A stretch of 64,000 nt of DNA, from the NCBI GenBank assembly GCA_905171695.1, contig LR991653.1, positions 1,338,150 through 1,402,149 on the forward strand, read 5' to 3'. This document shows positions 25,643 to 35,500 of the stretch, piece after piece (position 1 is the first letter of the stretch; each line of letters begins with the position of its first letter). The notes beneath the pieces are model-generated. The model was not told the origin of the DNA, ran no database searches, and saw nothing but the letters and a program-made list of their open reading frames with translations. The DNA is from Candidatus Methanoperedenaceae archaeon GB37. GTDB lineage: Archaea; Halobacteriota; Methanosarcinia; Methanosarcinales; EX4572-44. The translations under genes were made by a program, and so were the position numbers.

Positions 25643-27223
25643 GTGATCGGGCTTGTCTTGACGCACACGCGTGAGGGCTTCTCTTTTGTAACGAAGTACT
25701 CACTTGCATCTGGCGAGTTTGTCTCTTATCGGTCTGGGAGTGATCGCGTCCTTGCCCGTGTGAGTCATACTGAGCCCTTGCGGGATTATCCTGTGGAGTT
25801 CCTGCTCGATCCCGAGGTTGACGCTGAGGATGTTGCACTCTTTTATGGGCTTGATGCAGATGATTATCGGTTTTATCGTGTGCATGCACGGGTTGTGGGC
25901 TACTTTGACAGGCGGGTTAACGAGTTCATAAACCCGCGTATGATGCCGCTCTCAGGGACGAGGATAGAGCGAGTGGATGAGACGATCCTCTCGGATGTGA
26001 ACCGGGTCTCTGCAGACGAGGTTGGCTCGGCTCACATCGGCACGATACTTGGCACGAAGACCGATGCTGTTCTCTCTGTTCGTGAGATGGTGAGCCAGCA
26101 TCTCTCAATCATCGCTGCAACGGGCGCAGGCAAGTCCTATACCGTTGGCGTGATCGTGGAAGAGTTGATCTCGGCAAAGAACATGGCGTCGGTATTGATC
26201 TTCGATCCACACGGCGAGTACAGTGTGCTAAGCGAGATTCAGAACGATCAGAGCTTCTGGGAAGAGGGGTATCGACCAAGGGTGCGGATCGTTAAGCCGG
26301 ACCAGATAAAGATCAGACTCGGTGATCTCACGCCTGGCGATTTTATCAGTATCATGGACGATGGTAACATGTCAGAGAAGATGAAGACGCTCTTTGTGGA
26401 GGCTTATGAGAGTTTGAAGAGGGATGAGAGGAGCCTCACACGAAGTTTCACCAGGAACGAGCTTCGTGAGACTATTGAGGGCTTAAGTGATGGCAAGAAT
26501 GAGCTGAGCATTGCAGGCCTCCTCTGGCGCTATGATAGGATGGTGCGTGAGAAGATCTTCGATGACTTTCGGAGCATCCCACTCCGCGAGTACTTCCAGC
26601 CAGGGCTTCTCACCATAATGGATGTCTCAGGCATAGGGGAGTGGAAACAGCAGTTGATCGCAACGATTCTCCTCCGCCAGCTCTTCGATTCTCGGGAGGG
26701 CACAGATAATGAGCGTTACAGTGAAGAGTTCCGACCTGAGCGTTATCTACCCTATCCTGTCTTCCTGATACTTGAAGAGGCGCACAGGTTTGCACCGCAG
26801 AGTGGAGATGCGAAATCGAGACAGATACTCAAGAAAATCCTATCAGAGGGTCGAAAATTTGGAATTGGCGTATGCATGGTCTCACAGCGCCCAAGTAAAC
26901 TCGATTCAGATGCGCTCTCTCAGTGTATGACACAGATCACGATGCGAATCATCAATCCAGCAGATCAAAAGCAGATAGGAGAGAGCATCGAGTCGGTGAG
27001 CAGAGACCTGCTCGAAGAGCTACCAGCCCTCACACGGGGGCAGGCGATCGTAAGCGGTGTTGCCATAAACACACCGATCATCGTTGATATCAGAAAGCGG
27101 CGCACAAGAGAGATAGGTGGGACGAGCAAGGACGCACCGCAACTCTGGAGAGAAGAGATGCAAGAGAGGCGATATGAGACGGTGGAGAGACGGCCAAGCT
27201 ACGAACTCGATGTGGGAGTATAA
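25643..27223 (+). CDS. HerA/DUF87-type P-loop ATPase
   Basis: 526 aa with Walker A IIAATGAGKSYTV, Walker B/sensor VFLILEEAHRFAP, and GRKFGIGVCMVSQRPSKLD, typical of HerA/FtsK-like DUF87 ATPases. Confidence 0.75.
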   Translation: MIGLVLTHTREGFSFVTKYSLASGEFVSYRSGSDRVLARVSHTEPLRDYPVEFLLDPEVDAEDVALFYGLDADDYRFYRVHARVVGYFDRRVNEFINPRMMPLSGTRIERVDETILSDVNRVSADEVGSAHIGTILGTKTDAVLSVREMVSQHLSIIAATGAGKSYTVGVIVEELISAKNMASVLIFDPHGEYSVLSEIQNDQSFWEEGYRPRVRIVKPDQIKIRLGDLTPGDFISIMDDGNMSEKMKTLFVEAYESLKRDERSLTRSFTRNELRETIEGLSDGKNELSIAGLLWRYDRMVREKIFDDFRSIPLREYFQPGLLTIMDVSGIGEWKQQLIATILLRQLFDSREGTDNERYSEEFRPERYLPYPVFLILEEAHRFAPQSGDAKSRQILKKILSEGRKFGIGVCMVSQRPSKLDSDALSQCMTQITMRIINPADQKQIGESIESVSRDLLEELPALTRGQAIVSGVAINTPIIVDIRKRRTREIGGTSKDAPQLWREEMQERRYETVERRPSYELDVGV

Positions 27224-27326
27224 AAGAACAACCAGACCACATGCTACCCAATGCAGAAAACCCGTGTTAAGCGAAATTGCCTCAGCAAAAGTAGGTTCTA
27301 TGAAGTCTTAGAGAAGGGTACAAAAT

Positions 27327-27815
27327 ATGCCAGAATGGAAAAATCACGATAAGTGGGCTGAAAAAATGGGGATATCAAAAGAGACTTCAAAGTTTGTCAA
27401 TGGTCTAATTGATTTTCCAAAAAATTGTCAAGAGTTCCAAGATTTTTGTGAGAGAGACCCTAGTGCAAGAATTTTTACCAAAGGTAGACCAACACGCATG
27501 ACTGTAGCATCCCTAATAACCCACGATAGTGGTAGAAGTAACAAATTTTATAGAGAAATACAGCTAAAATTCTTATCACAAAAAGGGAGCGATCATGTAA
27601 AAGCATATTATCTACACCAAGTTTTAGATTATATAGAATGGTGGATTAAAAATTATTCTGAAGAAAATCTAACCGTTGAAAACATTTTACAGGAAAAAAG
27701 GTTGGAAAAGAAAATTGGCGATCCTATAAACGAAGAATTACAGTCAGTGGTGAAATTTGCAATCCAAAATTCAGAGGAAATATTGCAAGATTATAGCAGG
27801 GATGACATAAAATGA
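27327..27815 (+). CDS. Hypothetical protein (AT-rich single-gene cassette)
   Basis: 162-aa ORF, compositionally unlike its flanks and bounded by GTTAAGCG (27266) and the structured repeat at 27885. No family recognised. Confidence 0.5.
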   Translation: MPEWKNHDKWAEKMGISKETSKFVNGLIDFPKNCQEFQDFCERDPSARIFTKGRPTRMTVASLITHDSGRSNKFYREIQLKFLSQKGSDHVKAYYLHQVLDYIEWWIKNYSEENLTVENILQEKRLEKKIGDPINEELQSVVKFAIQNSEEILQDYSRDDIK

Positions 27816-27884
27816 TCAGAGAATCTATACTTTTAGTTGAAGATAATTCTTTGCCCATTTCATTAGCTCAGCGCTGTTGCACTC

Positions 27885-27956
27885 ACTTAACACGGTGTAT
27901 GCAGTTCGCTTTCATTTACCCACACTGTTCGGCTTCACAGCGCATTTCGCATACAC
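27885..27956 (+). repeat. Long-form attC-like structured repeat (E8)
   Basis: ACTTAAC-AC-GGTGTATGC-(46 nt)-GCATACAC-AAGAA. It has a perfect 8-bp stem pair GTGTATGC/GCATACAC. ACTTAAC fits RYYYAAC. No clear GTT box follows. Confidence 0.6.
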
Positions 27957-28049
27957 AAGAATGGATGAGGGATTACACCGTTTGATTAAGTATAAATCCG
28001 ATGGTGTGAGTACTCGGGAAGATGATCTTACGTCTGCAGGGATAGAATC

Positions 28050-29012
28050 ATGGAAGGGTTTGAACTTGTTAAAAGGAACACGGAAGAGCTTGTGAGCGAA
28101 GAAGAGATACGAGAGCTCTGCAGTTCCAGTCAGACGCCAAGAGCGTATGCCGGATATGAACCGAGTGGAAGGATACACATGGGGCATGTTCTGACCGTGA
28201 ACAAACTGATAGACCTCAAGAGGGCTGGATTTGACGTGACAGTCCTACTCGCAGACCTCCACGCATACCTCAACCGCAAAGGCAGTATGGACGAGATCCG
28301 AGAGATGGTTGAGTACAACAAGAGGTGTTTCATTGCACTCGGGCTTGACGAGAAGAGCACAAGATACGTCTGCGGGACAGACTTTCAACTCGGCTCCGAG
28401 TACACCCTGAATATGCTCAAGCTCTCAAGAACTGCCACGTTGAATCGAGCACGAAGAAGCATGGATGAAGTAAGTCGTGACGCAGAGAACCCATACGTCT
28501 CACAGATGATCTACCCGCTGATGCAAGCCGTTGACATAGCAATGCTGAGAATAGACGTTGCAGTCGGCGGAATCGACCAGCGCAAGATCCACATGCTCGC
28601 ACGAGACACACTACCATCCATCGGCTTCAAACCACCACTCTGCATCCACACGCCGATCCTGACAGGCCTCGACGGCTCCAAGATGTCAAGCTCAAAAGAG
28701 AACTATCTCTCAGTCGATGATGAACCAGAAGTCCTAAAGCGAAAGATAAAGAAGGCATACTGTCCCGAAGGCAGAACCGAGAAGAACCCAATCCTTGAAC
28801 TCTTCAGATACCACATCGAACCAAGATACGGAAGACTCAAAATAGAACGACCAGAGAAATTCGGAGGCGATATAGAATACGAAGACTACACTGCGCTTGA
28901 GAGCGACTTTGCAGAGAGGAGATTACACCCACAGGACCTTAAAAGAAGCGCAGCCGAATACCTGATAAAGATCTTCGAACCTGTCCGAAAGATGATGAAG
29001 AGCACAGAGTGA
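28050..29012 (+). CDS. tyrS: Tyrosyl-tRNA synthetase (archaeal type)
   Basis: 320 aa with GYEPSGRIHMGHVLTV (HIGH-type motif), DLHAYLN and KMSSSK (KMSKS motif). Confidence 0.9.
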   Translation: MEGFELVKRNTEELVSEEEIRELCSSSQTPRAYAGYEPSGRIHMGHVLTVNKLIDLKRAGFDVTVLLADLHAYLNRKGSMDEIREMVEYNKRCFIALGLDEKSTRYVCGTDFQLGSEYTLNMLKLSRTATLNRARRSMDEVSRDAENPYVSQMIYPLMQAVDIAMLRIDVAVGGIDQRKIHMLARDTLPSIGFKPPLCIHTPILTGLDGSKMSSSKENYLSVDDEPEVLKRKIKKAYCPEGRTEKNPILELFRYHIEPRYGRLKIERPEKFGGDIEYEDYTALESDFAERRLHPQDLKRSAAEYLIKIFEPVRKMMKSTE

Positions 29013-29084
29013 AGAAGAGCAACATCCATATACTTTCTACTCCTTTGTGGTGTTGTGAGGATTCTCACGAAGAGGTGAATAGGT

Positions 29085-29927
29085 ATGGATGATAAGAGTA
29101 ATGATGTTGAGAGTGATAAGGTCTCCGAGGCACCTGAGGCACCTGAGGTTCCAGCTACACTGGAGCGTATCAAGCACAAGATCGTGGTTATGAGTGGTAA
29201 GGGTGGTGTTGGTAAGAGCACGGTTGCAGCCAATCTGGCACTTGCACTTGGGCGCAAAGGCTATTCAGTTGGGCTCCTTGATGTTGATATTCATGGGCCC
29301 ACCATCCCAGAGATGCTCGGTGTTGCATCTGAAACGCCCATTATTGAGAATAAGAAGCTGGTACCTGTCAGGGTCTCAGAGAATATTAAACTGATCTCGA
29401 TAGCGTTCATGCTCCCGGATAAAGACTCTCCTGTTATTTGGCGTGGTCCGATGAAGAGTGGGGTGATTCGTCAGTTCATAGGCGATGTGGACTGGGGAGA
29501 GCTTGACTATCTCGTGGTCGACCTGCCGCCTGGCACAGGCGATGAATCGCTAAGCATCGCCCAGATGATGCCTGGGAGCTATGCACTCATCGTTTCAACG
29601 CCACAGGAGATTGCACTCCTGAGCGTCAGAAAGTCGATAAACTTTGCAAAAATGTTGAAGATGCAGATCGTTGGGATCGTTGAGAACATGAGTGGATTCA
29701 TCTGCCCGCACTGCGGTGAGAAGACCGATCTCTTCAAGTCTGGCAGAGTCAAAAGCGTCGCAGAAGAGTTCAAGATACCGTTTCTTGGCAGTATCCCGAT
29801 CGACCCGGAGATAGTTGAGAGCGGTGACAGAGGGACGCCCTTTATACTGCGACACAGAGACTCGCTCTCAGGCAAGGTCTTCGAGGAGATCGTCTCAACG
29901 ATAGAGGAGTTCGTGGCAAAGGGTTGA
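29085..29927 (+). CDS. Mrp/NBP35-family Fe-S cluster carrier ATPase
   Basis: 280 aa with the deviant Walker A VMSGKGGVGKSTVAANLA, DLPPGTGD and the CPHCGE cluster-ligand motif. Confidence 0.9.
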   Translation: MDDKSNDVESDKVSEAPEAPEVPATLERIKHKIVVMSGKGGVGKSTVAANLALALGRKGYSVGLLDVDIHGPTIPEMLGVASETPIIENKKLVPVRVSENIKLISIAFMLPDKDSPVIWRGPMKSGVIRQFIGDVDWGELDYLVVDLPPGTGDESLSIAQMMPGSYALIVSTPQEIALLSVRKSINFAKMLKMQIVGIVENMSGFICPHCGEKTDLFKSGRVKSVAEEFKIPFLGSIPIDPEIVESGDRGTPFILRHRDSLSGKVFEEIVSTIEEFVAKG

Positions 29928-29984
29928 GGTAGCAGTCCTGACCACTTCACAATCAAGAGTTGCTCAGAGAGAAGAGGCAATATA

Positions 29985-30305
29985 GTGAAGATCTGTGTGA
30001 CCGCTGAATCAGATACTCTTGATGCTATGGTTGCCCCACACTTTGGGCAATCTCCGTACTTCATCTTCGTAGATTCTGAGACGATGGAATGTGAGGTTGT
30101 TGAAAACCCTGCAGACAGAACCGAGAAGGGGGCGGGCAAGCAGGTGGCACTGATCCTCATTGAGCGAGGCGTTGATCTGCTCATAACTGGGAAAGTTGGG
30201 GTGAACACATCGCAGATACTGGCTGCAGCCGAGATCAAAGTTCTTCAGGGCGTTACTGGAAGCGTGCGCGAAGCCATCGAGAAGTACAGAAGAGAGTCAG
30301 GATGA
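29985..30305 (+). CDS. NifB/NifX-type (dinitrogenase FeMo-cofactor-binding fold) small protein
   Basis: 106 aa, GTG start, with VAPHFGQSPYFIFVD...GAGKQVALILIERGVDLLITGKVGVN. Confidence 0.7.
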   Translation: MKICVTAESDTLDAMVAPHFGQSPYFIFVDSETMECEVVENPADRTEKGAGKQVALILIERGVDLLITGKVGVNTSQILAAAEIKVLQGVTGSVREAIEKYRRESG

Positions 30306-30387
30306 GCGAGGTTGAAAACTGCTGCAAAGAGTTATGGCAGATAAGTGCGTATCCTATCTATGCCCTTATAGGCAGGAGATATGAGTT

Positions 30388-30678
30388 GTGACAGAAGTTG
30401 AGATCGGAAAAGAAGTTGGTAAGAAGATCGATTCGAGTCTTGAGATCCTTAAAGAGATTGCAGAGAATGCTGAGCTTCCAAAACTTGATAAGGAGAAGTT
30501 TGAGGAGGTGATAGATCTGATAAAAGAGACAAAAGAGGCACTTACTACTACAACGATCAAAGACATCTTCGGACTCCTCGGGGGAAAGCGCATCGAGGCT
30601 AAACTGAGTTTCGATAAGCTGATGGTTGATGGTGCAATCAGGATCGATATCACACCGATCGAAGAGAAGGAGAAATAG
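30388..30678 (+). CDS. Hypothetical protein (96 aa)
   Basis: ORF only; K/E-rich with a GTG start. The overlapping antisense 133-aa ORF was judged spurious. Confidence 0.35.
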   Translation: MTEVEIGKEVGKKIDSSLEILKEIAENAELPKLDKEKFEEVIDLIKETKEALTTTTIKDIFGLLGGKRIEAKLSFDKLMVDGAIRIDITPIEEKEK

Positions 30679-30754
30679 ATATCAAGAGGCATATTGAATG
30701 CTTGAAAAATCAGCAACTTAGCTAAAAAAATAAAGAAGGTATACGTGGGAAGGT

Positions 30755-31183
30755 TTGAATAATTCATCCCCTGTTAATCTCTTAAATCTGGTAAAGAGTG
30801 GATCAGTAAGATCAGATCTGAAGATCGATGGATCCAAAAGAGTTGAGCTAAGGCTCTCCAGAGGTAAGATAGAGATTCAGATCGAGAGCCTTGACCTTTT
30901 AAAACTCATAGTAAAGATTACGAAATTTTTAAAGCCCGATGTTACTACAGAAGAGATTGAAACGAGAAGACTGGGAACGTTAGATAGTTTTAAAATCTTT
31001 AAAAACATAGCAGATGATCTTGCAAAATCGAGACAGACTGTAACAGTGGTTTACAAAGAAAAAGAAATTATAAAAATCGGTGAAGATGCAAAACCCATGA
31101 TAACAGGTATCTTCTTGAAACACGTAGAAGTGATCGATAAGACGGAGGCTCTCACCATCCTCAAGAACCTATCAAGAACTTAA
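30755..31183 (+). CDS. Hypothetical protein (142 aa)
   Basis: ORF only, with a non-ATG start in the track. Confidence 0.35.
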   Translation: MNNSSPVNLLNLVKSGSVRSDLKIDGSKRVELRLSRGKIEIQIESLDLLKLIVKITKFLKPDVTTEEIETRRLGTLDSFKIFKNIADDLAKSRQTVTVVYKEKEIIKIGEDAKPMITGIFLKHVEVIDKTEALTILKNLSRT

Positions 31184-31325
31184 TCTAAGCTACGACTAAA
31201 AAATCCTGACAATATCCTCGATCCAGCTGATATCGCTCTGACCAACGCCAGACACAAAGTATAAGAAGTAATATGAACCATATCTCCATAAGTCGATCGA
31301 GCATCGAGAGAAAGGATGTGATACT

Positions 31326-31646
31326 GTGAAAATAGGGATTGTGATCTACTCAAACGATCCAGAGACCGTGTGGAACGCCTTCAGATTCGGAAACTTCGCA
31401 CTTGAAGCTGGAGATGAAGTCAGCGTATTTCTACTCGGCAAGGGCGTAGAATGCGAATCACTTGGAACCGACACATTCAACGTGAGAGAAGAAATGCAGA
31501 GATTAATCACAAACGGCGGGAGCATACTCGCCTGCGGCTCATGTCTCGCAGTTCGAAAATCCAAAGGCTCAGAAACATGCCCAATCTCGACAATGAAAGA
31601 CCTGTATGATATGATAGAGAAAAACGATAAGATCCTTACATTTTGA
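31326..31646 (+). CDS. DsrE/DsrF-like family protein
   Basis: 106 aa with MKIGIVIYSNDPETVWNAFRFGNFAL..VSVFLLGKGVE...ACGSCL. Confidence 0.6.
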   Translation: MKIGIVIYSNDPETVWNAFRFGNFALEAGDEVSVFLLGKGVECESLGTDTFNVREEMQRLITNGGSILACGSCLAVRKSKGSETCPISTMKDLYDMIEKNDKILTF

Positions 31647-31743
31647 AAGGTTAGATCTGATAGCCTTGACCTTATAACATTCTGCAAATAAGAGAAGATC
31701 TGGATAGTTGAAGAGGTAGAAAAGAGAAGATAGAATAGAAACG

Positions 31744-31866
31744 GCTTTATTTACCGCTGGACTTCCGCACAACCTCTTTGCAACCAGCGTGAAGTTCCCA
31801 ATTCCACCTTATTCTCCCGACTTAAATCCTATTGAGTTTGGTTGGAAGAGTTTGTTAGTGCAGAAA
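31744..31866 (+). mobile_element. Remnant of an IS630/Tc1-type transposase C-terminus
   Basis: ALFTAGLPHNLFATSVKFPIPPYSPDLNPIEFGWKSLLVQK carries the PPYSPxLNPIE signature. It has no start and abuts the cobN stop. Confidence 0.7.
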
Positions 31867-31870
31867 TATT

Positions 31871-34800
31871 TCACTTCTTTTCATTTATCGTTCTTTCCAT
31901 CTTTTTCTTCCAGCTTTCTATGTCTTCCATTGTGAATATGTCGATTGATACGCCCTGGATTCCTGAGACGTCTTCTATTCGTTCTTCCATCCATCCTTCG
32001 ATCTCGATGTAGTGTTTTTTGAGTTTGTCGAGTACTTGGGGGTCCGGGTTCCAGAGGTCTCGCTCGTGGGCTTCCAGTAATCGTCTTCCTATCTCTTCGA
32101 GTGCCCATGGGTTTTTTTCTTCGAAGAACTCTCTCATTTCGTTGTCGAGGATGTATGTGCGTGTTATCTCGTTGAAGATCCAGTCGTCTACTTCGTGGGT
32201 TGTTGCCTGCCAGCCGTAGACCTTTGTGACTTTGCCTGATATTTCGGATGCTCCTCGGTATCCGTGTTCTTTCATTCCTTCGATCCATTTGGGGTTCAGG
32301 AGGCGGGTTCGAACGACTCGTTCTATCTCGTCTGAGAGGTCTGTTACCTGCACGTCTGAGGGGTTTCTTGTGTCTCCGTGGTAGGCTTTGACGTCTTTTC
32401 CTGATAGGGAGCGTGCGGCTGCTGTCAGTCCCCCGTGGTATCCATAGTAGCAGCAGCATCCGAATAGGTCGTGTTCGTCTGTTGGGTTGGATCTGAAGGA
32501 GAGGTTAACGGTCTTGAGCTGGTTCAGGAGTTCTTGGTGTGACTCTCTTCCTTGTATGCCTTTTCCGTAGGCGTAGCCGCTCCAGTAGATGAAGACGTTT
32601 GCGAGGTCTTCTTCGGTCTCCCATGCTGATGCGTTCACTGCGAGGTTGACGCCTGCACCGTATGTACCTGGTTTCGATCCGAATATTCGTGTTGTGGCAC
32701 GCTCCCACTCAAGTCCAGTCTCTCTCTGTGAGAGCGCGTGTTTTCTTATGAAGTTCATGTCGGGTGGTTCATCGAGTTCTGCAACCCGTCTTATTGCATC
32801 GTCGAGGAGCTCGATTACCTGCATAAATGAGTCTCTCATTATGCCGCTGATTCTGATGGTGACATCGATTCTCGGTCTTTTAAGTTCGTTGAGTGGTATT
32901 ATTCTCAGGTCTTTGACCCGTCTTGGCTCGTCCCACTCTGGTTCGACTCCGATGAGGTAGAGGATCTGTGAGAGTTCTTCGCCATCTGCCCATGTTATAT
33001 CGGTTGAGAAGAGTATCATTCCGCAGTTTTCAGGAATTTTTCCTGTTTCACGCTCGTATTTTTCTATCAGGTTTGTTGCAAGCTTTCTTCCGACTCTCCA
33101 TGCGGCGCGGGTCGGGATTCGTGTTGGGTCGAGTGTGTAGAAGTTTCGCCCGGTTGGGAGGACGTCCCACCTACCCCTTGTGGGGAGCCCTGATGGGCCG
33201 GGTGGTATGTAGCCCCCGTCAAAGCCATGGAGGAGATTTGTGATCTCATTCTTGCAGAGATCGATCCGTTCTGAGATATCCCTGACCTTGAGGGCGATTC
33301 CATCATCACGTTCATGGTCTGGGTCTTCGAGGATGCTTGACACGGCTTCCTTGAGCCTCTCCCGATCGTTCTCAAAGGCTCTCTTGACGTCCTCGTCAAA
33401 GCGCATCATCGATGCTATGAGCTCTATCTTCTCCTCTCCCTCTGGTGCTTCCCCGAATACGTGAAGCCCCTTGTTTATGAGCGAGTCTTTGATCCTTGAT
33501 ATCGCGTTATGCGCGCTTCTCACGACCTCTTCAAACTCAGTATTCTCATAGGATTCGATCTCGCCATTGAGGTTTGCCTTGTCGATCGCTTCGAGTATCA
33601 GGTGTTCCAGTGCATGTGCTCGTGCGTGGTCCGAGGTCTTTGCAAGCTCGTACTCGCCGATGAGCCTCTCAAGCTCGTTCAACTCTCCGTATGTCCCGCT
33701 CTCGGTCATCACTGGGAGCATGTGGTCCACGAGTGCTGCGTATGATCTTCGCTTTGCAACGATTCCCTCTGATGGGTTGTCGACAGAGTAGATGTATAGG
33801 TGGGGGAGGTCGCTTATTGCAAGGTCTGGGTAGCAGCTCTCAGAGAGTCCGACAGACTTTCCAGGTAGAAACTCGATGTTTCCATGTGTTCCAACGTGCA
33901 CGATCGCGTCCGCTCCCCAGATCTCTCCAAAGAACCTGTATGTTGCGATGTAGTGGTGTGTTGGTGGAATCTCAGGGTCGTGGAGGATCTTGCAGACCGA
34001 TCCATCGCATCTTGCACCATAGCATCCCCGTTTTGGCTGGGTGCAGACGAGAACGTTCCCGAGATCAAGCCCTGTTATAACGATCCTTCCCTTGTAGACC
34101 ATCGCATCTCCGGGTGGCTCGCCCCAGCCTTCGATCATACTCTTTCTTGTGTCTTGAGGAAGCTTCTCGAACCATGATAGGTATCTTTCCTTCTCAAGGA
34201 GGTGGATTGCGCCACCTTTCTTCACGATCTCGTCAACCGATGTCCACCTGAAGTCTGATATTGCCTTTCTTTCCATTATCTTCTCTATAAGCTCTTCTCC
34301 ATCGACAGGCATGTCGTTTATCGCGTAGCCTTCCTCTCTCATTCGTTGTAGAATTCTTGATAGGCTTTCAAGTGTGTCAAGGTTAGACCCTGCACCGACG
34401 TTTGACTCAAGCCCTGCACATGGATTGTTATGGAGAACAAAGACTATTTTCCGATCTTTTATTGGTTTTTTCCTGAGATTAACCCATTTTAAGACTCTAT
34501 CTGCAAGGTGCTCGACTCTCTCTCTTATCGGTGAGAAATGCTCGGATGTAGCACCCCCTGCCGTCTCTCTCACCCTTGCACCCGTTATCAGTGGCTCTAT
34601 TATCCCTTCGAACTCTGGCATGACGACCGACCATACGAGCTCCCCTCCAAGCCCGTGCATGTCCTCTCTCCACTCATCCTCTGTTCTGTGGTATGTTGTG
34701 ATGCCTTTTATGATCGGAACGTCCATCCGGTTAAGGACGCTTCTATCCTCTGTATGGATGAGAAAAGAGGATTGGAGATCGATCAAGAGATCTATTATGG

Positions 34801-35500
34801 GCTTATCATCCTTTATGAAGAACCTCTCGATGACGGTATCGTTGCCCGCAATCTCGAACTCTTTATTCGGAAAGTCCCATGAGAAGACTGGTATGACCGT
34901 GAGACCTCTCTCTTCTAAAGCCGAGATGAGTGCATCCTCGACCTCAAGGTCGCCAGTGACGACATGGCTTCGGTAGAAGAGGATTCCGACAGTCGACGCG
35001 CTCGTTATCCGCTCTTCGCCGTACCACTTGATGTAATCATCGATCGAGGAGAATAGACACGAACTCTCTGGATGGTAGATCCCCTCCCACTGGATCTCCA
35101 TCGGTGGTGGAACCTCGAGGTCAAGATCGAAGAACTCTCTTCCAATGTAGGATAGGGCGTTTCTCAGATTTTCAACTCCTCCGAGTCTGAGGTAACGATA
35201 GATCGTGCTCAGTTGCTCGCTACTCACGCTGGGTGATACGAAGGAGGCTGTGTAGCCAATGTTTATGATGAGTTTATCCTTGACCTTCGAGAGCAACTCG
35301 TCGACCGTGCCATCGAACCCTGAATGCGATACAAGGATCAGATCGGCTTCATCTCTGAGATAATCAAGAAACTCTATCCTGGTCTTCTCATCCTCAAGAT
35401 CTCTCAGGGATTTCAGGTTGATCTCGAGAAAATCGAGTTCACGAGATGCCTCTGTCATGCTCTCGATGTATCCGCTCCACATAACACATCCAATCTTCAT
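31871..35500 (-). CDS. cobN: Cobaltochelatase large subunit CobN (CobN/ChlH family)
   Basis: A single uninterrupted 1209-aa ORF, the size of a CobN/ChlH large chelatase subunit, with long colinear CobN-like blocks (e.g. ...HVGTHGNIEFLPGK..., ...LPTGRNFYTLDP...). All internal antisense ORFs are spurious. Confidence 0.9.
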   Translation of the reverse strand: MKIGCVMWSGYIESMTEASRELDFLEINLKSLRDLEDEKTRIEFLDYLRDEADLILVSHSGFDGTVDELLSKVKDKLIINIGYTASFVSPSVSSEQLSTIYRYLRLGGVENLRNALSYIGREFFDLDLEVPPPMEIQWEGIYHPESSCLFSSIDDYIKWYGEERITSASTVGILFYRSHVVTGDLEVEDALISALEERGLTVIPVFSWDFPNKEFEIAGNDTVIERFFIKDDKPIIDLLIDLQSSFLIHTEDRSVLNRMDVPIIKGITTYHRTEDEWREDMHGLGGELVWSVVMPEFEGIIEPLITGARVRETAGGATSEHFSPIRERVEHLADRVLKWVNLRKKPIKDRKIVFVLHNNPCAGLESNVGAGSNLDTLESLSRILQRMREEGYAINDMPVDGEELIEKIMERKAISDFRWTSVDEIVKKGGAIHLLEKERYLSWFEKLPQDTRKSMIEGWGEPPGDAMVYKGRIVITGLDLGNVLVCTQPKRGCYGARCDGSVCKILHDPEIPPTHHYIATYRFFGEIWGADAIVHVGTHGNIEFLPGKSVGLSESCYPDLAISDLPHLYIYSVDNPSEGIVAKRRSYAALVDHMLPVMTESGTYGELNELERLIGEYELAKTSDHARAHALEHLILEAIDKANLNGEIESYENTEFEEVVRSAHNAISRIKDSLINKGLHVFGEAPEGEEKIELIASMMRFDEDVKRAFENDRERLKEAVSSILEDPDHERDDGIALKVRDISERIDLCKNEITNLLHGFDGGYIPPGPSGLPTRGRWDVLPTGRNFYTLDPTRIPTRAAWRVGRKLATNLIEKYERETGKIPENCGMILFSTDITWADGEELSQILYLIGVEPEWDEPRRVKDLRIIPLNELKRPRIDVTIRISGIMRDSFMQVIELLDDAIRRVAELDEPPDMNFIRKHALSQRETGLEWERATTRIFGSKPGTYGAGVNLAVNASAWETEEDLANVFIYWSGYAYGKGIQGRESHQELLNQLKTVNLSFRSNPTDEHDLFGCCCYYGYHGGLTAAARSLSGKDVKAYHGDTRNPSDVQVTDLSDEIERVVRTRLLNPKWIEGMKEHGYRGASEISGKVTKVYGWQATTHEVDDWIFNEITRTYILDNEMREFFEEKNPWALEEIGRRLLEAHERDLWNPDPQVLDKLKKHYIEIEGWMEERIEDVSGIQGVSIDIFTMEDIESWKKKMERTINEKK

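Noticed and set aside
30366-30767. The 133-aa minus-strand ORF as the real gene instead of 30388-30678(+).
   Set aside because: Its translation is a hydrophobic, low-complexity mirror of the K/E-rich plus-strand ORF, and the neighbouring genes are all on the plus strand. Neither ORF is strongly supported, so the plus ORF is kept at low confidence.
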